Source of the DNA: Catajapyx aquilonaris
Lineage: Eukaryota
Direction of reading: 5' to 3'
Assembly: GCA_000934665.2 (NCBI GenBank)
Contig: KZ538263.1
Span: forward strand, 1 to 64,000
DNA length: 64,000 bases
Below are positions 1 through 28,500 of the stretch, piece after piece. The position numbers and the translations under genes were made by a program. Under the pieces are notes generated by a model. It saw nothing but the letters and a program-made list of their open reading frames with translations. It was not told the DNA's origin and did no database searches. Every line of letters starts with the position of its first letter. Position 1 is the first letter of the stretch.

Positions 1-242
1 CCCCCCCCCGGGCTACGTCACTGTGCCATATACATGGAAGTATGGCTAGACCGGCCCTTCGAGTCTGTTATAGCCGAGGCTGTTATATCCGGATTTAACT
101 GTATATTATATTAAAATATGTTATATGACCGAAGCTTCTGATTGGCCCGCCGAATATTTGCGCGACCCTTCCCATTGACCCCTGCGCCTGCGCAATGGAG
201 GAGGCAGCGCCTCTGCTGGATGGCAGTTGGAACTAGTTTATA

Positions 243-540
243 TACAGGGTGTTCCAAATTCATGGGTCGTTTTTATAGCTGATATCACCTGATAGTAGTT
301 ATTTTTGTAGCTTGTTGTGTCCCCAAGGGGGTCGAATATATCAGTTCTCTAAAATGGGGCACCTGGTAATATAGGGTAATATATAGGGTAATATATTATA
401 AGGTATATAATATATACCTTATATATTACCCTATATATTACCTTATATTATAAGGTAATATAAGGAGTGCACAACAAACTGCAAAAAATACGATCGGCTA
501 TATCAGTTATTTTTTTAAAAAACTACCCACGAATTTGATA
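243..540. mobile_element. Copy of the CAGGGTGTT MITE with an internal AT-rich expansion
   Basis: TACAGGGTGTTCCAAATTCATGGGTCGTTTTTATAGCTGATATC matches the 4293-4498 element. It has a degenerate right arm and TATATTACC/GGTAATATA repeats at ~365-462. Confidence 0.65.
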
Positions 541-924
541 ATTCACTTGAGTTCACTGCACTTGTTTATTACTAATAAATGATTCAGCTATAAATTTCAA
601 TCTGTTGCAAGAATTTAGTCTATTCCGGTGACTTCTGTTTGTGAGCTGACTCGACTGATTGGCAACAGGAAAAGGCTTCCCCTTCCCCGTCTCCCCCCAA
701 CGTCTTCTCCTTTTCCTTGTTTGGATGGTTCCAAAGAGAAGGCGAGGTGCAATTGGAGGTGGAGGTGTCAAATGAAGCGGGGACCCGGAAAGAACAGGGA
801 AAAAGTTTGGCCTGACGAGATCCTCCTCTTGTTTCGCGCAATTCAATTTTTCCACTTGGAAGATCTCCTCAGAACAAGAGATGCTGCTGCAAGAACCAGT
901 TCTATAAACACACACCAGACATAA

Positions 925-962
925 TATGTTAGGCGAATACCTATAGGTATTCGCCTAACATA
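925..962. repeat. 38-bp perfect palindrome
   Basis: TATGTTAGGCGAATACCTA|TAGGTATTCGCCTAACATA. A related 26-bp palindrome with one mismatch is at 5185-5210. Confidence 0.9.
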
Positions 963-1835
963 CACCCAATGGAGTATGAAGCGAACTGTGTATCCAACAG
1001 AAGCAAAATGTCTCATGGTTTCTCGCATTAACGTCATTCAGGTACACGTCCAGGTAATTGAGACACTGATTGGACCTAGCGTGAAAAGCCTCCTCACCTG
1101 CTTTGGACACGCCGGTTTTGGACGGCCTTCCAGAAGTGCCTCCAAAAGTGACAGCCATTCCCTTGGAGGAATCTCTCTCGACCCCCCCTCTTCTTTTCAA
1201 TGAAAAGAATCCGGAAAAAGAAGGTGGACCTTTCTCTTTTACAACCTCTCCCGCTGTGGGGTCGTGCTACTAATCCGGCCTGAAATGGGGCGGTTCGATT
1301 CGCATCATGCTAAGAAATCCTAGAACTTTTCCAAGCTGCTTTTTCGGGAGGGCGCGAGGCTTCTTCGTAGGCTTCAGGCCTTTGTTGGGCTGACCTTCTT
1401 GGTCAGAATACAGCAGAGTGATCTATAATGGCCTTTTCACATTATTTTTCATAACATTTTTCATGGTAGAATTTGTAGCAAATTTAATTTTGGCCAATGG
1501 TTATCCAACTGCACAATGATGTAAGTGTGAGAGACAAATCGTGTCCAAGCAGCCAGGCGCCAGGAAACGAGGGGCACGAGGCCTTGTTTCTTTTGTTGGA
1601 AACGGCGGGAAAGGACAAACTGAGTGACCATTTCCTGCCTCCGTTTCTGTCATCAACACCCCCTCCTGTCTTCCTGCCTTACTTACTGTTGACTGCACCG
1701 GTTTCGAATATATTGCCTGTCCTCACAAATAGGGTCACCATCACTTCTTGACCTGCTTCCACTTAACTGTCAGTTTAGGGTGTTTATAGTGGGGGACAAT
1801 GAATGGGACACTATTGACCACACTTGTGTGGGCAG

Positions 1836-1873
1836 GTATAGAAGGTAACCAGCGCGCTGGTTACCTTCTATAC
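1836..1873. repeat. 38-bp perfect palindrome
   Basis: GTATAGAAGGTAACCAGCG|CGCTGGTTACCTTCTATAC. Confidence 0.9.
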
Positions 1874-2677
1874 ACAGAATATTTACATGATATGTCCACT
1901 ACAGCCATATGATTTTTTTTCAAAAAATTTATTGTTACCGGCCCAATTCATTGGTCAGTTTGACGCCATGCCTGACACACCGTAAATTGCAAATAGGCCT
2001 GAAGTGACAGGCCGAGTTTTATTATCTCATTGAGGCGACACTGTCCATGGCCGTGGCTCCTATCATTACATCGTAAATGACAGGGCAATTTCGGCCTCCC
2101 GCAGATACCTCTGTTAACATGGCATGGCCATCCCCCCCTCTCCAATAAATAGGAGGGTTGTGGATAAGAATAGGGGAGGCCACTCCGTGAAGTGGGCCAA
2201 AAGGAAAAGAAAAGAACCGGAGGCCCACCCTATATGAATCGACAACTTCCAAGAGACGCAACCCTCCTGTGACCATGAGGTCCCTCAGGATATGAGGCCC
2301 AGATTTCAAGATAACATTGGCTCGCCTTCCTCTTTTAACGGGACCCTGGATAAACAGCGGAAATTCCGCCCCAGGAGACAAGTTGAACCCAGCAAACCCT
2401 AAGGAAGGGAGGGTCAACCTTGATGAAAGACTAGGAGAAAAACCGGCTTCCGGATTGTTTCTTGGTCTTTCCCTAATCTGATTAGCTAACATGTATTGAG
2501 AGTTTTTGTGGCAACTGTTTGAAGTACATGAAGGCTGTCATTTATTGACGTCATTTAAGGCTGGTTTCAAGCTCTTTGTGCAAGGCGGTCACTGTTGGAA
2601 GACCCTTACCAACAGTTTCCGTCAGAATAGTTTTTGGAATTCATTTATACCATCAATGGAATAATATTATGCAATGA

Positions 2678-3082
2678 AACACCCTGTAGAAAGTGGCTAC
2701 AAAAAAAACCAGGCTACTATCGGGCGATATCAGTTATTAAGAAACTATTTGGAACACCCTAAGTTCGTGGGTCACTTTTCTTGTCACTTATATTGAAGTA
2801 GCTTGTTGTGCTCCTAATCAGTTGCCATATACGTATTCGACCACCTGGGAGCAATGTGGCAACCGACGAGGGGCACAACGGGCTACAAAAAAATAACCAC
2901 TTCGGGCAATATTAGTGATAAGAAAAGTGACCCACGAACTTGGAACAACCTGTGTATTTGACCCCCTGCCCTGGGAGTAATGGAGCGCCTGGTTAGGGGA
3001 ACAAGCTACAGAAAATAACTACTATCGGGGCGGGGGATATCAGTTATTTCAAAAACGACTCACGAATTTTTGAACACCCTCG
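2678..3082. mobile_element. Cluster of fragments of the same CAGGGTGTT MITE
   Basis: Repeated GCTACAAAAA...ATCGGGC.ATATCAGTTAT...GACCCACGAA.TTGGAACACCC arms in both orientations. Confidence 0.6.
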
Positions 3083-4292
3083 TGGACACACGAGTTCTAA
3101 AAGCCGGTTTCGAGATAATACATAACAATCGTGTGATATGGCACTTGTTTATATGCTAATGAACGCGGAAAATCCTGGCTTGCTGGCTCACTATGAATAT
3201 TTCAGGTCTAAAAGGACTTCACCGCGTGATCATGTCATGTAAGTAGCTCAAAACCGTCCAAGTCAATTATTTCTGTATGCCCAGTATGTAATATATTAAG
3301 TAAAAATAAAAAGCAGCCTATCATATCCTTAGATTTCAAAATTCGCGGCACTTTATCCCATCAACCTTGCACCTCGCCCCATCTGTCGAGCACACCCAGA
3401 ATCACCTCCCGCATTTTTCAATCCTCACATCCTGCCCTGCCATCTACAAGCCGAGTTCCGAACTTCAACTTGGCGGGAGCAGAATAAGAAGTGGAGAGTT
3501 GCTATAAAAATGTTTATAGGCCTCTTTCTTGGTCTGAGGGGGTAAAAAGTGAGTGGGACCAAGCATGGTCCCGCCCACTAGAGGATGGGAGGTGCTGCGT
3601 CCGCCACCCACCGTCTTGATCGATACATTGGCTGGAATAAGGAAGCGGAGGAGGTGCCACACCTGCGCCCTTCTCCAAGCCATCAGAAAGGGGCAGGTGA
3701 CAATATGTTGTCACACACCTATGCGCAGGAGACATACGTTCACATTATGAAACAACTGCTATTTTAAATAATTTTAAAAAACAAAATTGTGTGACTCACC
3801 AATTTTTTATTATTACTATAAGAAATGTTCCTGCTGTGCATCACTGTCCGAATGGCCAGAGTTGGGTGGGTATGAACAAAACTTGGATGGGAAAAAAAAA
3901 TGTCAAGTGTTTGAGAACTGGACAAGTCCCCAAAAATTCCGATCTTATTCGGCCTAAGGTAACATCGGCGGGGGGTGCGGACCAGCAACAGAAGAGCAAC
4001 AATGGACTCATTGGTGGGAGGAGGTGAGAATGACGATGGAGCATGTACACTTGGCTTAACACGTTCCAGGCTGCCATCCAAAACTACTTGGGATTCCAGC
4101 AGTGATGTCAATTATTCAGTGTTTTTTTCAAAATTCGCACGACCAATTTGAAAATTGTCAAAATTCTGACAAACCCACATTAAAATGTGCGATTAGCATA
4201 ATAAAATTGTATAAATAATTATTGGCGAGTTCATGTAACTGGCAATCAAATTTCAATTAATTTTTCAGTACAGTAATTAGCAAAATTTAAAG

Positions 4293-4498
4293 TACAGGGT
4301 GTTTCAAATTTTTGGGTTGTTGATTATCACTGATATCACCCTAAAGCAGTTTTTTGTAGCTTGTTGTGCCCCCATTCCATAGCATCTGCTATATTCGACC
4401 CCCTGGGAGTAATGGGAATGTGGATTAGGCTACAAAAATAGCCGCTATCGGGCAATATCAGCTATAAAAAACGACCCACGAATTTGGAACACCCTGTA
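4293..4498. mobile_element. MITE with CAGGGTGTT termini, TA-flanked (Tc1/mariner-like)
   Basis: TACAGGGTGTTTCAAATT...AATTTGGAACACCCTGTA with long imperfect inverted arms. Confidence 0.75.
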
Positions 4499-6695
4499 TA
4501 AGCCTATAATTTGTAATGCTATATTCTAGTTTTTCTAATTATTGTACCCCGTTTTGAAAATATTAGCTTCTCACATTATGTTGAGGAAAATAATTGATTC
4601 AGCGCCTAAGTTTAATCATATTTCAATATTTGAAGATATTTGCTTGATTCTACTTTTCTGATGGCTACACCCTGTACCACCAACCGAACTAAGTTTTAAT
4701 CCCCTCCCCACCCCCTAAAAAACAGCCATTTCCTTCGGTATAGTAATAAGTTCGCCATCTTCAATATCCGGGTAACACAATACCACAGCCAAAAGTAATG
4801 GTCAAGCGAAGAGAATCGGATCCGTGAGAAAATCATCATTTCGTGAAGAATTTCCTCTTTTTTTTATTTCAAACACTGGCCGTGGAACACTTCTTGTTAA
4901 TGCACAAGTGCAGAACATTCCGGAAGGATCCAAATGAGCCACTTTGGCACTATTCGCAATAAATTCAGGTAAAGTTCCCGTGTGAAAACGATGCTGACGT
5001 CAGATTTTATCAAGTGCGGATGATGTCTGTATCTCCACATCCGAGGATACGCAATTTTTTGACTTCTTTCTTATTTTCTCAAGAGGATTTGGACACGGTT
5101 TGAAAACAACACTCAAGCGAGAAGAAATATCCGCTAAACTATAAACTGGTGCAATTATTTTGAAAAAGAAATGTAACAAAACTACGGCGAACACCTATAG
5201 GTATTCGCCGAATTCGCGTTTGAACCTATTGCATTTATTTATTTATTTAACTATTATTACTGAAAACATATATTCGACGAATGACGCCATAATGGTACGG
5301 TAGCATCTTCCAAATCACGACTGTCCATTTTTCTCACCGTTTTGTTCTAATGATGGCCAGCATTCGAAGCTGGAGCAAAGAACCTGATGGCTACGGGCAC
5401 AGGAAGCAGCAAATTACTTTTGAGTATATCGCCGTGAGGTTGTCAGTGACATGATCCACAGCTACTGTGCCCAAACATTATGTGAGCGGTGCAACAAGAG
5501 CTAAACCTTGTAATTACAATCTATCCCACAAATTGCAACCCATTGGGAAAACGCGGCCAATCTTCACATGATCACAAGAATATCAGACAGTTTTTTTTTT
5601 TTTGGNGGAGGGAGTGCTTGTTTCGTGGGGTCAGACACATTCTTGTCAGGAGAGAGTGGTGTGAATAAGTATAGAGCAAAAAAATTCCCACGCTACAATA
5701 TTGAACAAGTACAATTTACTAGTATAAACGGAATTATCTATATACTTATTCTTCTCCAAAAATAAAATAAAAACGAGAGCACGTTTCTTCTTCAAAATAA
5801 TAAAAAAACGAGAGCACATGTGAATTTGTCAGGGTCTGTGTATAACGATTGGTACTCCTCCTAAATGGTCGGCATGAAGGGCAAGCAATCACGATTGCCG
5901 ATGGCCACGGGCAAGGTAAGCCCGAAACGTGCTCCAGAAGACTGGTAGTTAGCACCTATGCTTCTGCAGAGCTCAGCACGGCAGTTACCAACGATGCAAG
6001 TGGTGATTACCCGAGAAGAAACACAATGATAAAGCCGGTTCGGTAGCCAGACTCAAAAAGAATAACGAGAGGACCTGAGAGCCGATGCTTCAGGGGTCAT
6101 TTCTTACTACCAGGTATACCGCTTTGTCTGATAGATCACATTTTTTGAGTTAAAAAATATTGACCAGTTCATACACTCTGTAGACGCATAGACTGTCAAG
6201 GACAACAGATATCTCGTTAGATTTCGAGCAAGTTTCCAACCCAACATCCGCAGGAAAAAATAAAACGCCTTGGCCTTCTACAGTGGGTGTTGCTTTATGA
6301 GGCATTGGGTAGTTGGCATATTTCATAGTGAGACAAAAATTCTTACTTTATCACAAAAACTTAGAAAGCATCCCATTCAAGAAGGACCCAAAAAGGTAGG
6401 CTATTCACCTGCAGGAAACCGCAATCAGCCTCCTGGCGAAACCGATTGGACATAGAAAGAGCGTGAAACCCTGAATTAAAACGGCAAAGACGAGGAAGAA
6501 ACTCCCATTCCCAGAGCATCATTTTTTCTCTCTCTCTTTTCTTCATCCACAGAAAAATCGTAGACAGTAAGACACTTATTGTTTGCTCACACTCCCGTGG
6601 TTCCAAAGATGTCATGTTGAATTAACCAATAAAAATTTTAAGTCATACTATGTGCATTGCGATGTCTAATTAGCACCATTGATTGTGGACAAGCT

Positions 6696-6814
6696 TGTTC
6701 CAGCATGTTCCAGCAAGCTGAATCGTGTTCCAGCATGCCGAATCGTGTTCCAGCATGCCGAATCGTGTTCCAGCATGCTGAATCATGTTCCAGCATGCTG
6801 AATCATGATCCAGC
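6696..6814. repeat. 20-bp tandem repeat, about 5-6 copies
   Basis: Unit AATC(G/A)TGTTCCAGCATGC(C/T)G. Confidence 0.9.
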
Positions 6815-8616
6815 CTGTTCATTCCTGTTAAGGCATGTTCATGCTTAGTAGCTAATTCTGACACTTAATAATCGTAATAAAATAACTACCCGGAGTGGTA
6901 TTTAACATAACTCAATATTTTACAAAAAAAATATTACATTAAATTTTAAATGTTTAAAGATATTGGCACAATCCAGTGGGTGTTCACCTGGCTATCTGGA
7001 GTAATAGACGTGATAGCAGCTTCAAGTGCCAGTAATGGGCATGTACATAATTGGCTTGTTAAATTCTATTGGCAGTTAAGAAGAGGCACTTGAGATATGA
7101 TAATCACCGCTGTCGGCTACTTCTGTGGTTTTGGGGACTGGATGATAGGCAGTCGGATGAGGCCAGGGTTTCAGGGCCTCTGCTTCCGTTCTGGGCCAAA
7201 CCTCAGATTGTACTGCCGCAATGTCTCAATATTTAATATTTTAAAAAGTGCGTACCTCGCATCTCTTAACGTCGATTCTAACAAAAGGTTTTGCCGTTAC
7301 ACTTTTGCTCCAACCACATCCACTTCTCCTTCCTGTTTTAAGTCTATAAACATCGTCAGAGATATCCTCTGTTTTGTACCCCCCTCCAACCTTGGATGTT
7401 TCAGATATCCTTACAACTGACGCCATAAAAATTATGAATTCACTCTGAACTAATCTCATATGTAGGCTCGCATTGTTATCAAGCTTCATATAGCGGCTTC
7501 CTTTCTTCTAGGAAGACCTTTTCCTCGTCTTATAAGGCGGCCAGGAAGTCACCCCACCAACTACTCTCCAACGTTCTGATACCATATTGAAGGAAATTCG
7601 CCCGACTATATTTTCCTTGCGATAGGACATGCTATCGCACCAACAAAAAGCTGGAGGAAAAAACCAGAAGCAGGCGTGCATGCCACGTCAATATGGAAAA
7701 AATTAATCTTAATCTTAATGGCGGTTAACATGTTTTTTCTTCCGAACCCTTATTGTACATGACCAGCATGTTCCAGGAAAATATACACAATTTAATTTGG
7801 ACTAAAATGTGACTGTTTAAAATTAATTTTTTTATACAATTGAAGGTTTGTGATATTAGGTGTTGGACAACATTAATTCGACGAAGGTCTGCTCATCATC
7901 ATGGCCTTCGTGGAAAGAAGCTTCTTAAATCTAACCCTCCCTTTATCCCCACTCATCACTAAATTAGAGCCTCGTTTCACTCAGAGCTCGTTATGAGGTT
8001 TGCGCAGATGTAGTAGAGTGACTTCATAGACTTGATTGTTTGTTTACTTTTTTGTTTCTTGTCATTGCATCAGCGTGAGTAATTCAGGAAACTATACTCA
8101 CTACTTTGCAACCTTTGACCAAATAATATGGCACCAATTTTTAACTATTTTTAGTCTTTAGATTCTTTCATAGGTCCGGATAGTTTGTACTGTCAACATT
8201 TTTGAACCCTTTACCATGACCTTTTTTGTTTCCAAGGCAGCCTTTATTCCAAGGCCTGATTCTGTAATGCTCTGGCACCATCTACAAGAAAACTGCTGCC
8301 CACGACCTTGAGCACAGCATGGCCCCTGCGAACAGGACCGTTTTTCGAATCCCCCTACCAACCACCATTCATCGAGAAACAACTTCGTGAGTCATTAGTC
8401 AGCAGCAGCCAGACCGGATCCCAAGAAATCAGGAGTAACTCAAAAAGCCTATTGCCAAACACCCAGTACCTCAGGGGGGGGGGGGACATCATATAAAACA
8501 TTGGTATGGCCCCAGGAAGTACAGCGATCTGATACTTTATGACTACCAGGCTTCCTTAGGAATTTCCCAACTCTCACATGGCATTATCGTCCGGAAATTA
8601 CGCAAAAGACATGTGG

Positions 8617-8704
8617 CACATAAATTGAGCTAGACATTTCTTGGTCTGGACATATGTCACATAAATTGAGCTAGACATTTCTTGGTCTGGACATATGTCA
8701 CATA
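8617..8704. repeat. 41-bp perfect tandem duplication upstream of Runx
   Basis: CACATAAATTGAGCTAGACATTTCTTGGTCTGGACATATGT occurs twice. Confidence 0.9.
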
Positions 8705-8934
8705 TTGGCCATGTGTTTAGTTCCACGTGTCTGACATTAGTAAATCCAACTCATCTCAATCGACCTGTATTGTTGGACAGCACCTCACATAAGAGGGCGG
8801 CCCCTTAATTCCCCTCCCCCGGGTCTGCGCCTGCGCACAGTTGAGTCCACGGCGAGGCCCGGGCGGGAATCACAGGGATTCAAGCTTAGAGTCTGGGATC
8901 ATACTCGAGGCTGGGTGGACGGAGGACCGGCTTC

Positions 8935-8972
8935 GACCGCACCTAGTCACCACACAGTGCGGTTGTGCGGTT
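8935..8972. promoter_or_regulatory. Cluster of four Runx consensus sites (TGYGGT) in the Runx promoter/5' UTR
   Basis: GACCGCA 8935-8941, ACCACA 8949-8954, TGCGGTT 8958-8964 and TGCGGTT 8966-8972. An NRF1/Ewg-like TGCGCCTGCGCA lies at 8826-8837. Confidence 0.6.
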
Positions 8973-9192
8973 CTTTTCAAGGGGGGGGTACAACACAGTC
9001 ATCATCACCATCATAGTTAGTGGCAGTGGCGGTTGATTACCATCCGGCTCCTGAGGAACTAAAATTAAACGGCGGTCGCGTGGATGGTTGCGGCTAACCC
9101 GGAAGGAACTAACACTGATTTTTTTGTGTGTTTGATTTTTTTTTTAACTGGCACATCGGTCCGACCACCAAGCTTCTACCGCAACAACCTCC

Positions 9193-23954
<14,762 letters not shown>

Positions 23955-25552
23955 CAGTGAGTGTCCAGTGTTGTGTCTAATGTACGGTCTAATGTGAAGT
24001 GTATATCGCCCAATTACACAGACTAGTGCTGAATAATGCTGCAATAAAATTGTCTAACTGCACTATTTTACCAACCCATTTTTGGCAGAAAACAGTACAG
24101 GTCCTCCAGTTCTGTTCAATATGCGGAACATACCCTCCTCCCAACAATAACTGTGCTTGGTGAACAATGAAACAAGGACGGTCCAAAAAAAAAGTAGTCT
24201 TGGCACCACCCACACCAATCTTGACCACGCACGCACCTTGTGGTTCGCTGAAAAAGCACAAAAAGAAAATCCAGGAAGAGAGTGACCATACCAAAACTAT
24301 TTTTTACCCATCCTCCTACATCTCTTATCTTGCGAAGGAATTTTCTGGGTCGTGAACTTTCCTGTTGGTGACAAGAGAGAGAGAGAACTATTTTGTTGCG
24401 CATCAAGAAACTTCTTGGGAAACAAGCCGTTTTTCTCACTTGATGATTTTTGTCTTTACGGAGTGTGTGAACCATTTGAATTCTTTCGCACCAAAGTGGC
24501 ACGGAGGGCCATATTTACAGCTACATGGACACAAGTCGGTGTGACGCATCGGTGAAACAGCAGCTTCGTGCCCTTAAAGTCATTTATTAACACAACATTA
24601 ACATATGTTTATCAGACAGATCTACAACATTCAAATCAACATTAACATTACCACAGATCATGTCATGAGAACAATTTGGGGGATCCCTCACATTGAAATG
24701 TGGATGCGTATCGTCGCATGGCAGGCATCGTAACCATGGCTGATTGGATTAATTACGTGCACCGAGGTGCATATCAATACTGAAGGAGCCATGTCGTTAA
24801 CCCTGGCACTGTCCAAAGGAAATATTGAGCCACGATATATTTTGAAAAATACTTCTGAGATCCACATGTCAATTGAAGATCTGTTTATGACATACACTCA
24901 TGTTGCTCAAAAAATGTCAAAATTAAAATCAAGGATATACACTCGTAGTAGCATTGTAGTTGTCAACACCCATGTTAGTACATAGCCTCATGAAGAAATC
25001 GTAAGTGAAGTACCAGTACAGCCATTCACTCTTCGTGACTAGAACGGAAAGTCAATAACGCAGCAAAAATATTACAAAAAAATGCAGAAAGATTCAATCA
25101 TATTCATAATAATTCCAATGAACATGTACGCCGGCAGTACTAGAACTACAGTACATCATTGTAGTTTAAATAGGTGTAATAAGCTTAGACATTGGACTGT
25201 GGCCCTAATCACAATATTTACAGTCTTCAAGCAAGAAAAAATACATAATGTAGTTTATTTAGCAATGTTACTGCAGCCTGACAGTACTACGGCCAGACTG
25301 TTCAATTTCAAGTAGTATGAACAGATCCTGTTAAAATCTGTCCAGGTATCGTGATCGTCACTTCGTTAAGGGCAACATGGCAAACTACAACATACATTAC
25401 AGGGGGTACCACGTTCAATTTAAACTCATCACACATTCAGCAAAAATATAAACAGCTATGAGAGTCAAGGATCAGAAATTTGACTAGTTAGTCGCCATCT
25501 GGTAGGAATAAAAAAGGCACCAGATTCGGTGAGAAAGTTCCAGCATCCCTGT

Positions 25553-28500
25553 TCACTCGGGACTGAATCCGTAAAGAGTAGCCACGCGCTGGAAAAATTC
25601 GGCTATGACTTGCTTCAGCCCTGAGTGAGAGGCATGAGCCGTCAGGGCACGGACACCAGGGAAAAGTGCTGGCAAGATGGCCTGGAAACACTGGTCATCC
25701 AGCTGGGCCGCCAGGTCAAAAACTGAAACCACCATCTCTGTCCACACTTTCATGTGAGCGTCACTGTCCTGCACGGAAAGTATTGTATTTCATATGGATT
25801 CTATTTTTTTCCATGTAGTCTAACTCATATAATGAAAGAGCCATTTCAGGAACTAAATTTTGCCAGTGTCAAACGTTTTATAAAAATGTCAGTGCAAGAC
25901 TTACCTTAACGATGCTCTTCCTCTGCTGGTGCTCTATTTCAGGAGCCACTGTCTCCACGTGGTCTGGGTCTTGGTCTGAACCTCGTTCCATAAAAGGGTT
26001 TATTCGATGACCTGCTCTAACTTGTTGCTGCAGGGAGGGCATGGCAAACTGCATCTTGCGACGGCGATAATCAGCCATCATCTGGTCAATGTCCTTCTGG
26101 GTAGCCACAGCATACACAGTGTCACCATTGCCAGCATTCAAGTCGAGATCCAGATCAGTTGGCCTGGGTGCACGATCCATATGCGAAAGTTCCAAGTCTG
26201 GTGGGAGCTCAGGTTCTACGTATTCATCCACATCTGAATACTCAACAACTGCATCTTGGTCGTTCTCAGTAGGTGGCGGGCAAGGGGAGAGGCTGAGGTC
26301 ACTGTTGTCTTCCTCGGTTTGTATGTCTTTAGGGTTCAATTCCTGAGGCGTCACCTCAGGAGGTGAGAGCCGCCTAGTCCTCTGCACCTCTGGAAACTCG
26401 TCAGGTTGTGCCAATAGGAAAAACAGAGGCTGGTCTGCCATGTGATCTGCAGCTGAACACCGTCCATCCTTGTCCACTACCAAATCAGCATACAGGGAAC
26501 ATTGGGCAGCAAAGCAACCCTGCAGTTTTTTCACATACGTCACTCGTCCTTTCCCTTCATCTTTCTCCCCTCTTGTTCGCACTTCATTCACTGCCAATGT
26601 GAAAATAGCCATTGCCTGAATGGTCCATGCAGCTCCAGCCTGCTTATACAGATTGGCAGCAGCTTCCAGGCCTGCCACCTTCTGCACTAAAAATTTCAGA
26701 CCAGGACGTGAATCAAAGTGCATGGCTCCTCTGTAGGACACCTCCAGTATGTCCAGGAGTTGCTGGATATGTTCGGGATTGTGAATCAGGGACAGCAATC
26801 CTGGAAGCGCAGTTGACTTGGCAGAAGGCTCTACCATCAACACATTTGCAAGGCTGAAATAGGTCAAGTCATACATTTACTGCCAGGCGACATAAAACAT
26901 GCCAAAGTAGCAGTCACAGACACATTAAGTTGGGGCTACCTCAGCCAGAATCAATTTATCACAATATTATTTAATTTTAACCAGATAATTAAGAACTTTG
27001 CCAACCTTGAAACAATGTATGGAGAACCCTGCAGCAGGATGGCTCCAATAGTCTGCAGAAGAATTTGATGGGCAAGCAGGCCGACTATGAGGCTCCGGAA
27101 GGGGATGCGTATAATGTAGAAATCTGGATTGAGGGTGCGTTCAACCCCTGGAGGGTACAGAAGGAAAACCAAGCTCCTCTCCTCTCCATCAGGTCCTTGA
27201 GAGCAGTGTGGTGGGGGTGACTTGGACGGGGACTGTGGAGCACCACACTCATATATGGCTGGCCGCTGGCTGTCCAGAAGGAAGACTTGGTGTGCCAGTT
27301 GACGCAAACGCTCATTCTCCTGTCCAGTGCAGTCCTTGCGTGCTGCCACTTTTACTTGGCCAATGTCCCCATAGAAGCTGCCAGAGCCACACTGAAATGC
27401 TACGATCAACTGACGCATTGGGTGCAGGGAAGCTCGGGCACCACGCCTCAGTGCAGCAATGCAGATGCACCACATCTCTTCAGTCAGAGATGAATTTGCG
27501 CTGAATATCGCATGTCTACAAGAAACAAATGTTGTGGTTCATTATTTGGTGTGCTTCAGTAGTGCATATTGTAACAACACTTCATAAACATCTAATACAA
27601 AATAATTAAGTCCAATGTACAGGCAATTAAGCCATGATGTTCAAGACTTCTGACACGTTCCTGTAGCACTAGAAGAGACTTCTCAACTCAAAGCCTGTGA
27701 AAATGCCAGTGATAAAATCTTCATGTCCCATTGACTTTTAATTTACAATTAGCATACAAAGCTTCACATTAAAACACACTAACACTGAGGACTGATAGGC
27801 AAGGCAGGAGGCTGGTAAAATCAATAAAAGACGACACAATCAGAATATATTCTTGTACAAAATTAATTATTGGATCTAACCTTGTTGTCAAATTTATTAT
27901 TGGTCTGCATAATTTCAGGCCACGTTTACTGCAACATTTCGTGTCAATTTCAACTGTTTATGATCACTTCCTGAATACACTACAACTGTCAGCTGTCAAC
28001 ACCTAATCATATTAACTAATAATTTCATTGCTAGTGCAGACAGTTAACTCGTCCTCCGAGTTCAGTGTGCAGCCATCAGCCTCATTCCCATCCAAAAAAA
28101 AAAAGTGTCATTAAAGACGTATATTTGAAAATCCACCTATAAACACAGCGCTCCTTAGTTCTGAGAGACAATTTTCATCAAGGGGAAGTCTCATTTGCTT
28201 CGGTCATGTGAACGCCACTCAGCTGCAGCCTCATTAAGGGACCATAAAATCAAGAGGTGGGCAGGTGCTTGTGTAGGGGGGAGGGAAGGAAGAAAATTAG
28301 GCAAAGGAAGGAAGCACATGATTATTCCGTTTAAATCGGTCTCAAATTCTGCACAGGCTTGGCAAGGATCCTAAGCATGCCATTTTTCGGCTCATCAAGA
28401 AAGTAATGGCAGCTGCAATTACAAAGTGTAAAATTGAAAAGTACAAAGTTACGCAGATGGAAGGTTCCAGATCCTGAAACAATGTGTTCACTGCTTTTGA

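Noticed and set aside
553..8500. Many 60-156 aa ORFs upstream of Runx
   Set aside because: No recognisable domain, no consistent splice structure, and interspersed with MITE fragments.
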